From Lachnospiraceae bacterium (GTDB lineage: Bacteria > Bacillota > Clostridia > Lachnospirales > Lachnospiraceae), in contig JAFTGN010000095.1 in the NCBI GenBank assembly GCA_017457865.1, forward strand, positions 20,062-84,061: a stretch of DNA of 64,000 nucleotides. The letters are read 5' to 3'. Positions 26,689 through 35,267 of this stretch are shown here, in pieces. Under the pieces are notes generated by a model that was not told the origin of the DNA, ran no database searches, and saw only the letters and a program-made list of their open reading frames with translations. Numbering within the stretch: the first letter of the stretch is position 1; the number at the start of each line of letters is the position of its first letter. Position numbers and translations under genes: made by a program.

Positions 26689-27918
26689 ATGTCTGAACTG
26701 ATCAATCGCCCTGCATATTTAGAACAGCTTATCCAGAATAAAGATGTAGACTTAGTGAAAATCGTGACCGGAATTCGCAGATGTGGAAAATCATCCCTGC
26801 TTGATCTGTTCCACCAGTATCTGAAAGAAAATGGAATATCGGATTCCAATATCATTCATATGAATCTGGAGTCTCTGCGTTACCGGGATCTGACCGATTA
26901 TCTGGCATTTTATGATTACGTCAGTGCCCGTATTCCGAAAGAAGGAAAAATCTATCTGATTTTTGATGAATTGCAGGCAGTGGAACATTGGGAAAAAGCC
27001 GTAGAATCTTTCCGACTTGATTTTGATGTGGATATTTATATCACAGGCTCCAATGCTTATCTGCTATCTACCGAATTTTCCACCCTGCTCTCCGGCAGAT
27101 ATATCGAAATCCGCATGCTACCCTTATCATTTCAGGAATTTCTGACTTTCTATGACTTTGAAACCACAGTTACGATGGAAGAAAAATTTCAGAAGTATTT
27201 GCAGTTTGGTGGTATGCCGATTTTGAAAGAATACCGCTTCAATGAACCCCGGAGCAACCAGGCACTGGAAGGAATCTATTCTACCGTGGTTCTGCGTGAT
27301 ATTTTACAGCGCAACCAGCAGGCTGACCAGCACATGCTTCAAAAAATCATGCTGTTTCTCTGCTCTAATATCGGCAGTATCACTTCTCCAAACAGCATTG
27401 GAAATGTACTGTCCAATGAAGGGGATATTCAAAACCGCAAAGGGAAAAATATTGCAGGAAAAACAGTAGAAAAATATGTCGAGATGCTTCGCAGTGCATT
27501 TATCTTTTATTCCGTAGGTCGCTACGATGTGAAGGGAAAGCAACTGCTCAAAACACTGGGAAAGAACTATATCATCGATCTGGGATTCCGCAATATGCTC
27601 CTTGGCTATCGTGATGCAGACCGAGGACATATTCTGGAAAATATCGTATTTTTAGAATTGATTCGCAGAGAGTATCGTGTTTACATCGGAAAAGTGGGGG
27701 AAACAGAGGTAGACTTCGTAGCAGAAAAGCCGAATGACAAGTTGTATATCCAAGTGACCGAAAGTATGCAGTCGCCGGAAACACGGGAACGGGAACTACG
27801 CCCGCTCCGCATGATTCCGGACAACTATGCGAAAATTGTGTTATCGATGGACCGAAGCTATATCAATTCTTATGATGGGATTCAGTCTCTGAATTTGATT
27901 GATTGGTTGCTGTCCTGA
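26689..27918 (+). CDS. AAA+ ATPase with DUF4143 domain (AAA_14/DUF4143 family)
   Basis: RPAYLEQL......DLVKIVTGIRRCGKSSL Walker A, LIFDELQ Walker B, and the YLQFGGMP motif. Confidence 0.75.
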   Translation: MSELINRPAYLEQLIQNKDVDLVKIVTGIRRCGKSSLLDLFHQYLKENGISDSNIIHMNLESLRYRDLTDYLAFYDYVSARIPKEGKIYLIFDELQAVEHWEKAVESFRLDFDVDIYITGSNAYLLSTEFSTLLSGRYIEIRMLPLSFQEFLTFYDFETTVTMEEKFQKYLQFGGMPILKEYRFNEPRSNQALEGIYSTVVLRDILQRNQQADQHMLQKIMLFLCSNIGSITSPNSIGNVLSNEGDIQNRKGKNIAGKTVEKYVEMLRSAFIFYSVGRYDVKGKQLLKTLGKNYIIDLGFRNMLLGYRDADRGHILENIVFLELIRREYRVYIGKVGETEVDFVAEKPNDKLYIQVTESMQSPETRERELRPLRMIPDNYAKIVLSMDRSYINSYDGIQSLNLIDWLLS

Positions 27919-27926
27919 AAGAAATG

Positions 27927-27975
27927 CACCAGGCATAAGTGTTTCTTCTTGTTTGCCTGGTGTAATTTTATTTTC
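27927..27975 (+). terminator. Intrinsic terminator after the DUF4143 ATPase gene
   Basis: CACCAGGCA / TGCCTGGTG stem followed by TAATTTTATTTT. Confidence 0.5.
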
Positions 27976-28026
27976 TGCTATCCATTCTACTTGCTATCTT
28001 TTTGTTGCCATCCTATTATTCACTTT

Positions 28027-28860
28027 TTATAGGATTGTATTTCTTGCTTTCTGACTCTGGATACGATACTCATATCCCACAAGATAACATGACAATGCTT
28101 CATAATACAACTTCTGTTGTCCTTTGAAAAAAGAGACTAGAGCATCCGTATCTTTTTCTACCTGTGCAGCATGAAGTGCATGATAATAGTCCAGTTTATG
28201 CTCATCTTTGATGATAATCGGAACAATGCCTGCATCCAGACACTGACGGAACAAAACCATACGACCGGTTCGTCCATTTCCATCCTGAAACGGGTGAATC
28301 AGCTCATATTCTGCGTGAAAACGGGCAATCGATTCTATGCTGGGTGTTGCCTCTTCATAGGACAAGATCAGATTTCTCATCTTTTCTGGCACTTCCTTTG
28401 GCAATGCCGTATTCAGATCGGACACTGCATTGGCCCATCTTTTATATTCCCCCACTGGATATCCATTTGCCATATCTTCAAATACACCCGTCTTTAAGTG
28501 AAAATGAAACTGCTTGAGCATTTCTTCTGAAAAAGGTTCCCCCAATGTTTGAATCATATAATTGAACATGGAAAAATGCCCGGTCATTTCTTCAATATCT
28601 TTTGCACGATAGACCACGGTGCCATCGCTGTAGAGTGTTCCTGTATCAAACAAAGATGCCGTCTGTTCGCTCGTCAGGGTACTTCCTTCAATTTTATTGG
28701 AATTATATGCCATCATTTTCTGGGTTTTTGCGTAAATACCCTTCCTGTCATTTGCCTTCCACTCTAATCGAAATGCTTCTTTCAATATTGCGACAATTTG
28801 CGCTTCATCTTCACTGCTCAATTCTTCAAACGAACGTTCCAATATCATATCCAGATTCAT
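28027..28860 (-). CDS. Fic family protein (AMPylase-type), class II-like with N-terminal inhibitory motif
   Basis: HPFQDGNGRTGRMVLF is the Fic core HxFx(D/E)GNGRxxR. SNKIEG upstream fits the (S/T)xxxE(G/N) auto-inhibition motif. Confidence 0.85.
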   Translation of the reverse strand: MNLDMILERSFEELSSEDEAQIVAILKEAFRLEWKANDRKGIYAKTQKMMAYNSNKIEGSTLTSEQTASLFDTGTLYSDGTVVYRAKDIEEMTGHFSMFNYMIQTLGEPFSEEMLKQFHFHLKTGVFEDMANGYPVGEYKRWANAVSDLNTALPKEVPEKMRNLILSYEEATPSIESIARFHAEYELIHPFQDGNGRTGRMVLFRQCLDAGIVPIIIKDEHKLDYYHALHAAQVEKDTDALVSFFKGQQKLYYEALSCYLVGYEYRIQSQKARNTIL

Positions 28861-29171
28861 ATGCTATCCTCTTTCTGCTGACCTACTTTTTCATATGGGT
28901 ATTATAGCAACAATTCGTCTGAAATGAAAGTTTTTTATAACACACTGTAAACAGATGTTCAACATTTGTACCTAATATTCTATTTTTAAGATTCTATAAT
29001 CATTTTGATACACTACTCGCATCAATTCACACAGAATATACATAATATATCATTCCGCATCGTCTTCACCAGTATATCCTACATTCCAAATTTTCTCATT
29101 CATTGAAATTTCTTATGGAAATTCTGACTGAATGTGGATAACCGTCCCTAATTTTTATGCCTGCATCATTC

Positions 29172-29909
29172 CTACTCCAGCGCACTCCTCAACGAATTCG
29201 GTATCCCTCTTGGTCCTCTCACCCCATATATGCCGTATTCTTTCTTCAACACATCAAAGGGAAACTGATCCGGCAAATAGCGTTTTTGCAATTGCAGCTT
29301 CATCACAGCTTTTACCGTCAGCTTATCACTTTGATACTCGTAAGGAATATTTGTCTCAAGTACCTTACATTGAAACAGGATTGCCGATACCGGTGCTGCC
29401 ACATACAGAAACACCGTGTCACCGGTTTTGATCCCATTGCCTTGTTTCCAGTCAATCTCTGTCGTCTCATCAAACGCATGCTCGATGTCATAATACTTGG
29501 GATTGGCAGGAACGATCCAGTCTTTTGGCGGCCGAATCTTCTCTTTCTTTTTTGCAGAAGCCGTCGCCAGATAACTCATTTCCAGCAGATCATAAACTTT
29601 CTCTTCTGGCACAGTGCCGTCTAACAGCACCGAGATCCAGTGAAGCTTATTCATGTGATAAGCCGGCAGGATTCCCGCTTCCTGGATGAGCATATCCCGG
29701 AAGAACAAATCGTCTACCTTCAGGTTGACTACGGTCACATCGTCCATGCCCGAAAGTCCCAGTTTGTTTCGCTGCACATCCATCACAAGGGCGAACCACT
29801 TGTGATTATCTGCATGACGGAAGACGGCATTGCCGGCATATTTTCTCCAGGGATATTCCGGAGCGACATTGTATTTCTCTTTAATATAGTCGAATAGTTT
29901 TTGTTTCAT
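29172..29909 (-). CDS. MmcQ/YjbR-like domain fused to an EVE/PUA-like domain
   Basis: The N-terminal half (EYPWRKYAGNAVFRH.DNHKWFALVM...LKVDD) is YjbR-like. The C-terminal half (WIVPANPKYYDIEHAF...IDWKQG.GIKTGDTVFLYVAAPVSAILFQCKVLE) follows the EVE pattern. The ATG at 29909 gives MKQKLF. Confidence 0.55.
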   Translation of the reverse strand: MKQKLFDYIKEKYNVAPEYPWRKYAGNAVFRHADNHKWFALVMDVQRNKLGLSGMDDVTVVNLKVDDLFFRDMLIQEAGILPAYHMNKLHWISVLLDGTVPEEKVYDLLEMSYLATASAKKKEKIRPPKDWIVPANPKYYDIEHAFDETTEIDWKQGNGIKTGDTVFLYVAAPVSAILFQCKVLETNIPYEYQSDKLTVKAVMKLQLQKRYLPDQFPFDVLKKEYGIYGVRGPRGIPNSLRSALE

Positions 29910-30003
29910 AGAAACGCTCCTCACAGTTTTATGAATTTCAAAGAACTATAAAATTCTTTGAATCAAGAAAAAAAACTTCTTCTCATCGGATTTGATTCCC
30001 CAA

Positions 30004-30447
30004 TCAGGTATCTATTCTCTTTAATTCGTGAATATTTTTATTCCGATAGACCAGATCCGTTCTTTCCTGAAATCCGATGTGTTCCCAAAACCCATTTCCT
30101 ATCTCATTCTTCTGGAAGACAACCAGTGCCGTTTTCTGGATACCTTCCTGCTCCAAAGCATCCATCGCACTGTCAACCAATTTTCTGGCAATCCCCTGCT
30201 GCCGGTACTCCGGCAAAACCGCCGTGTGATAAATATAGCCTCTTCGTCCATCATGCCCCGCTATAATCACTCCAACAATCTTCCCGTCATCTTCTGCCAC
30301 AAAACTGGTGGTTGGATTGCGTTTTAAATACGCTGCAAGCCCCTCTCTACTGTCATCTGTTGTGTTTAGTCCCATTCCCGGTGTATGAATCCATAAGTGA
30401 TATACACCATCATAATCTGCGCTGGACATGACCCGAATATTTACCAT
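30004..30447 (-). CDS. GNAT family N-acetyltransferase
   Basis: The 147-aa ORF has YRQQGIARKLV, the acetyl-CoA-binding Q/RxxGxG/A-like motif. The ATG at 30447 is preceded by GGGAGAAG. Confidence 0.75.
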   Translation of the reverse strand: MVNIRVMSSADYDGVYHLWIHTPGMGLNTTDDSREGLAAYLKRNPTTSFVAEDDGKIVGVIIAGHDGRRGYIYHTAVLPEYRQQGIARKLVDSAMDALEQEGIQKTALVVFQKNEIGNGFWEHIGFQERTDLVYRNKNIHELKRIDT

Positions 30448-30522
30448 CTTTTCTTCTCCCAAAGCCAATCTATACTTTTATATTTCATTTTCCTTAAATT
30501 TACAAGTATATTTTTTATTCTT

Positions 30523-30807
30523 TTACAAATTGCCCCAAGCAGCAATCGTCTTTGTTTCCAGAGCATATCTACCTTTTCTTAATCGGATGCCCAATGACCG
30601 CCTTTCGTTTCTCCGGTGGTACCCGCCTTGCATCTGACAGGTAGAGTTGTTTGACTCCAAAAAGCGATTTACCACCTCTGGCATACCGCCCACTACCATG
30701 TATTCACGCAGAAGGGAAAGAAACTGATCATGCAGCATAGAGGGAACTTTTTCTTTATGATCAATATATTTCCGAAGGGTAGATATCGTCTGTTCATTTT
30801 TCCCCAC
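30523..30807 (-). pseudogene. Relic of an AAA_14/DUF4143-type ATPase gene
   Basis: The 94-aa ORF contains LLREYMVVGGMPEVVNRF, the characteristic mid-protein motif of that family. It lacks the Walker motifs and the C-terminal domain, and the tail looks frameshifted. Confidence 0.4.
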
Positions 30808-30909
30808 CGCCCATAAAAATTCCTCAAAATCCGCTGCATCTTTTCGGAGGAATAAAAATAGAAAAATTGCACCTTTTCTGAGAATAATAAAAGAAGAATT
30901 GGAATTCGA

Positions 30910-31449
30910 TTATTTAATTGATGCCCCCAAAATATACGCCTCATTCAGAGACTCTTCAGAAACTTCTCCCTTATCTTTTGCTCCTCTAACAAGCACCATT
31001 CCATAATCCTCCAAATGAAAGAAATTCAAAACCAACTTATACTGCATAATGATGGAATCAAATAATTCTGGTAATGTAGCTGCTCCAACCAATATTAACA
31101 CCAGTTTCTTTATATTAAATTCATTTCGCAAAGGGGTATGTAATCTATCAATTACAGCCTTTAATTCTGCGCTTAATCCATAAAAATAGACTGGAGATGC
31201 TATCGCAACCATATCCGCTTCTTTCAATTTCTCATATATTGGAATCATATCGTCATTTTGAAAACACTTATTCCCTTCTCTTGTAAAACATGAATTGCAC
31301 CCAATGCATGGATTGACCTTATATTCTGCAACCGAAATTATTTCCACCTCATTATTCTCTTTTGCTCCCCTTGCAAATGCATTAGCTAACAGTTCAGTAT
31401 TTCCACCTTTTCGCATACTACCAATCAATATCACTATCTTACTCATCAC
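30910..31449 (-). CDS. Flavodoxin-fold NADPH-dependent FMN reductase / iron-sulfur flavoprotein-like protein
   Basis: KIVILIGSMRKGGNTELL and CIGCNSC motifs. 179 aa. Confidence 0.7.
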   Translation of the reverse strand: MMSKIVILIGSMRKGGNTELLANAFARGAKENNEVEIISVAEYKVNPCIGCNSCFTREGNKCFQNDDMIPIYEKLKEADMVAIASPVYFYGLSAELKAVIDRLHTPLRNEFNIKKLVLILVGAATLPELFDSIIMQYKLVLNFFHLEDYGMVLVRGAKDKGEVSEESLNEAYILGASIK

Positions 31450-31598
31450 TCACTCATCTCCAAAACCTATAATTTTTCTGTCTGTTCAACATTCAACAAA
31501 TATAAACGTTCGTTCTAGATTGATATCCTCACCCTTCATAATCAAATAATCTTTAGACAATTGCGAAACTCTTTGAATAGAGTAAAAAACAGCCTGTA

Positions 31599-31751
31599 CA
31601 TCAGAAATTTTTCACTAAAAAAACTCTGTGGAATGCCGGTACTTTATTTTTTGAGCAATAAGCGATAAAAAATATTAGTACCGCTGCTATGGACATCATT
31701 CTTACGAATGATTCGAAGCGAGAGCGTGTTTTTTTAGTAAAAATTTTGATG
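31599..31751 (-). repeat. Long-hairpin intergenic repeat, family A copy 2 (reverse orientation)
   Basis: The reverse complement carries CACGCTCTCGCTTCG, GGTACTAATATTTTTT / AAAAAATAAAGTACC and CCACAGAG. The outer stem is CATCAGAAATTTTTCACTAAAAAAA / TTTTTTTAGTAAAAATTTTGATG. Confidence 0.7.
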
Positions 31752-31786
31752 AAAGGTGTTCGGTATCATAGTTTCGCAAAAGCCTA

Positions 31787-32197
31787 TCAAATAATCTTCC
31801 CTTCCAAATGATCGCATTCGTGCTGGATGATCTGAGCGGTCCATCCTTTGAAGTCTTGTGTATGTTGGTTCATTTTCATATCCTGATACTGCACGGTGAT
31901 GTGCTGATACCGTGTGGTCTTTCTGGTTCCGGCGAGAGAAAGACATCCCTCTTCTGCCTCATAAGGCTCCGATTTTTTCAGAATCACAGGATTCAGCATC
32001 ACCAGATCCATCATCCCCAGAGACACGATGATCATATTTTTGTGATAACCGATCATGTTAGCTGCCATGCCCACACAGCCATCCCGATGGGCTGCAAGAG
32101 TATCCTGCAAATCGTTTGCAATGGAAAGATCTTCCCGAGTCACCGGCTTAGACTTCTGGCCTAAAAACATCATATCTTTTACAATGGATTTTATCAT
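31787..32197 (-). CDS. def: Peptide deformylase
   Basis: GVGMAANMIG, EGCLS and HECDHLEG motifs. The ATG at 32197 is preceded by GGAAGGAG. Confidence 0.85.
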   Translation of the reverse strand: MIKSIVKDMMFLGQKSKPVTREDLSIANDLQDTLAAHRDGCVGMAANMIGYHKNMIIVSLGMMDLVMLNPVILKKSEPYEAEEGCLSLAGTRKTTRYQHITVQYQDMKMNQHTQDFKGWTAQIIQHECDHLEGKII

Positions 32198-32281
32198 GAT
32201 AAAATCACTCCTTCCTCTTTGCGAATGAAATAAAAATCGGCATAGCAGCTTTCTAAACCAACTATGCCAATTTGCCATTTA

Positions 32282-32581
32282 TTATTCCTCGTAATCACAG
32301 CAGGTACGATCACAGCAATACTGCTTGATGATCTCCACTGCTTTCAAATGCAATGGATGTACCTGATAAGCTGCCAATGTCTCCTTGCTGTCATACACAC
32401 CATGCAGCATGATTTCAGCCGAACTGGTGTCTAAAAGCGGCATGATCACATCACAGCGCTTACAGCCGTCCATAACCTCTGTCACCTTGTCGATTCTGCT
32501 GCGAAACTCTGCTGCCGCCGCCAGTTTCTCTTCCTCTGTATAACCTTCCTGAAATTTCCAGGACACAATATGATGTACCAT
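32282..32581 (-). CDS. Dabb (stress-responsive alpha/beta barrel) family protein
   Basis: The 99-aa ORF has MVHHIVSWKF and HP.H, typical of Dabb domains, plus an unusual Cys-rich tail (CCDRTCCDYEE). Confidence 0.6.
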   Translation of the reverse strand: MVHHIVSWKFQEGYTEEEKLAAAAEFRSRIDKVTEVMDGCKRCDVIMPLLDTSSAEIMLHGVYDSKETLAAYQVHPLHLKAVEIIKQYCCDRTCCDYEE

Positions 32582-32591
32582 ATCTGACTCC

Positions 32592-33977
32592 TTATTTATT
32601 GGACAAGTACTCGTCAATTCCCTTGGCTGCTGCCTTTCCTGCCCCCATGGCCAGAATGACAGTTGCCGCTCCGGTCACTGCATCTCCACCGGCAAATACG
32701 CCCGGCTTAGAGGTGGCACCGGTTGTTTCATCTGCCACGATACACTTCCACTTGTTGATGTCCAGCCCCTCTGTGGTACTGGAGATCAGCGGATTTGGAG
32801 AGGTACCCAGTGCCATGATGACCGTATCCACATCCATGGTAAACTGAGAATCCGGAATCTCTACCGGTCTGCGTCTGCCGGATGCATCCGGCTCGCCCAG
32901 TTCCATACGGACACAGTTCATACCGATCACATCTCCATTGTCATCTGTCAAAATCTCTGTCGGGTTGGTCAGAGTATCAAAGATGATGCCCTCTTCTTTT
33001 GCGTGATGCACTTCTTCTGCTCTTGCAGGCAGTTCTGCTTCACTTCGACGGTATACGATGTGAGTTTCTGCCCCCAGACGCAGTGCGGTTCTGGCTGCAT
33101 CCATTGCTACATTACCGCCACCTACCACAGCTACCTTCTGTCCTTTATGGATCGGGGTATCGTAATCCTCACGGAATGCCTTCATCAGATTGTTTCTGGT
33201 CAGGAACTCATTGGCAGAGAATACGCCTTTGGCATTTTCTCCCGGAATCCCCATGAACTTTGGCAGACCGGCACCCGAGCCAATGAAGACAGCCTCAAAG
33301 CCTTCTTCTTCCATCAGTTCATCGATGGTCACAGAACGCCCGATGATCACGTTGCACTCAATCTTGACGCCCAGTTTCTTGACGTTCTCAATTTCTGCCT
33401 TTACCACTTCGTCCTTTGGCAGACGGAACTCTGGAATACCATATAATAACACGCCACCGGCTTCATGCAGTGCCTCGAAGATGGTCACATCATAACCCAG
33501 CTTTGCCAAGTCACCTGCACAGGTCAGACCAGCAGGACCTGCACCGATGACAGCCACTTTCTTGCCCTTCTTTTCTGTGGCAGGCTGTGGTGCAATGTTG
33601 TTCTCTCTTGCCCAGTCTGCTACAAACCGCTCTAACTTACCGATGGAAACAGCTTCGCCTTTTACGCCACGAATACAGACACCCTCACACTGGGTTTCCT
33701 GTGGGCAGACACGTCCACAGATGGCTGGCAGTGCAGAAGACTTGCTGATGATGTGGAATGCTTCTTCCATATTGCCCTCTTTTACCTTGGCAATAAATCC
33801 TGGAATATCGATGGAAACCGGACATCCCTTCACACATCTGGCATTCTTACAGTTGATACATCTGGAGGCTTCGATCATTGCCTCATCCTTGTTGTATCCA
33901 TAACATACTTCTTCGAAATTGGCAGCACGCTCCTGGGGCTCCTGCTCCCGAACCGGTACTTTTTCTAAAACACTCAT
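32592..33977 (-). CDS. nfnB: NfnB / GltD-like NADPH-dependent oxidoreductase, large subunit (often annotated NADPH-dependent glutamate synthase)
   Basis: 461 aa, with N-terminal 2x[4Fe-4S]-type cysteines (CINCK..C..GCP), two GxGxxG dinucleotide folds, and pairing with the FAD/NAD subunit gene upstream. Confidence 0.7.
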   Translation of the reverse strand: MSVLEKVPVREQEPQERAANFEEVCYGYNKDEAMIEASRCINCKNARCVKGCPVSIDIPGFIAKVKEGNMEEAFHIISKSSALPAICGRVCPQETQCEGVCIRGVKGEAVSIGKLERFVADWARENNIAPQPATEKKGKKVAVIGAGPAGLTCAGDLAKLGYDVTIFEALHEAGGVLLYGIPEFRLPKDEVVKAEIENVKKLGVKIECNVIIGRSVTIDELMEEEGFEAVFIGSGAGLPKFMGIPGENAKGVFSANEFLTRNNLMKAFREDYDTPIHKGQKVAVVGGGNVAMDAARTALRLGAETHIVYRRSEAELPARAEEVHHAKEEGIIFDTLTNPTEILTDDNGDVIGMNCVRMELGEPDASGRRRPVEIPDSQFTMDVDTVIMALGTSPNPLISSTTEGLDINKWKCIVADETTGATSKPGVFAGGDAVTGAATVILAMGAGKAAAKGIDEYLSNK

Positions 33978-34041
33978 TGTCTATTCTCCAATCTTACATA
34001 CTTCCACGTAACTGCAATGGTTCCCGGACAGTTACCTTTCC

Positions 34042-34920
34042 TCAGTTACAGTTGCCGCATCCACCATGATGGGTCTCACCCTCTTCTAATGCCAGCTTCG
34101 CACGACCCTCTTCTGTACGGTAAATGCTCTGACGCTTCATTGCCTGATCAAAATCTACCTGATGTCCGTCAAATTCCGGTCCGTCTACGCAGGCAAACTT
34201 CACCTGACCGCCTACATTCAGACGACAGGCACCACACATACCGGTACCATCTACCATGATTGGATTCATGCTGACGATGGTAGGAAGTTCCAACTTCTTG
34301 GTCAAAAGACAGACAAATTTCATCATGATCATAGGACCAATAGCGATACATACATCATACTGCTTACCCTCTGACACCAGATCTTCGATGGTCTTGGTCA
34401 CCATACCGCTTCTGCCATAACTGCCGTCATCTGTAGTGATATACAGATTTCCTGCAACTGCTTCCATCTCCGGCTCTAAGATCAGCAGATCTTTGGTCTT
34501 GGCACCTACGATTACGTCTGCTGCCACGCCCTGCTCTTTCAGCCACTTCACCTGTGGATAGACCGGTGCAGTTCCTACACCACCTGCTACGAACAAAATC
34601 TTCTTTGCCTTTAACTCTTCCGCATCCATCTCTGTCAACTCGGATGGTCTGCCAAGAGGTCCTACGATATCCTGGAATGCATCCCCTGTCTGTAACTCTG
34701 CCATACGCTTGGTAGAAGCACCTACGATCTGAAACACGATGTTTACAGTGCCCGCAGTGCGGTCATAATCGCAGATGGTCAACGGAATGCGCTCTCCTCT
34801 TTCGTCCATACGGACAATCAAAAACTGACCCGGAAGACAACGGGCTGCTATTCTCGGAGCCTTTACAACCATCTCATAAATATTGGTCGTCAATACTCTT
34901 GAAGCAAGAATCTCGTACAT
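34042..34920 (-). CDS. nfnA: NfnA-like sulfide/dihydroorotate dehydrogenase-type FAD/NAD(P)-binding subunit with C-terminal [2Fe-2S] cysteines
   Basis: 292 aa, with the PyrK-like pattern (PGQF...RIPLTI, GGVGTAP, C....CGAC). The ATG at 34920 (MYEILA) is preceded by AGAGGAAA. Confidence 0.7.
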   Translation of the reverse strand: MYEILASRVLTTNIYEMVVKAPRIAARCLPGQFLIVRMDERGERIPLTICDYDRTAGTVNIVFQIVGASTKRMAELQTGDAFQDIVGPLGRPSELTEMDAEELKAKKILFVAGGVGTAPVYPQVKWLKEQGVAADVIVGAKTKDLLILEPEMEAVAGNLYITTDDGSYGRSGMVTKTIEDLVSEGKQYDVCIAIGPMIMMKFVCLLTKKLELPTIVSMNPIMVDGTGMCGACRLNVGGQVKFACVDGPEFDGHQVDFDQAMKRQSIYRTEEGRAKLALEEGETHHGGCGNCN

Positions 34921-35267
34921 ATATTTCCTCTTTCTGTGCAGGATTTGCCCTTTGCCCGTACCGTTTCTGCACATTTATCCAATACGGAGGCCTGTCTGAA
35001 TTCTGTCATCCCTTATGCTGATGTCGTCATTTTATCAAATGCTGCCTTTGTTTTTGACAACCTGTATAAGTCTACGGATTGCTCCGCAGTCACACTGCTC
35101 TTGCAATCCTACAGGTATTCGTAAATCAACCTATCGGTCTTTTTACGAATACCTGTTGTCGTTTCTAAAAGAAAGACGAATTGGCGTGCAGGCACCCCAT
35201 CCGTTTTTCCTTTGAGACCAGACTGATACAGTATACTATAACACACTTTTCCAGAAAACAACAACCT

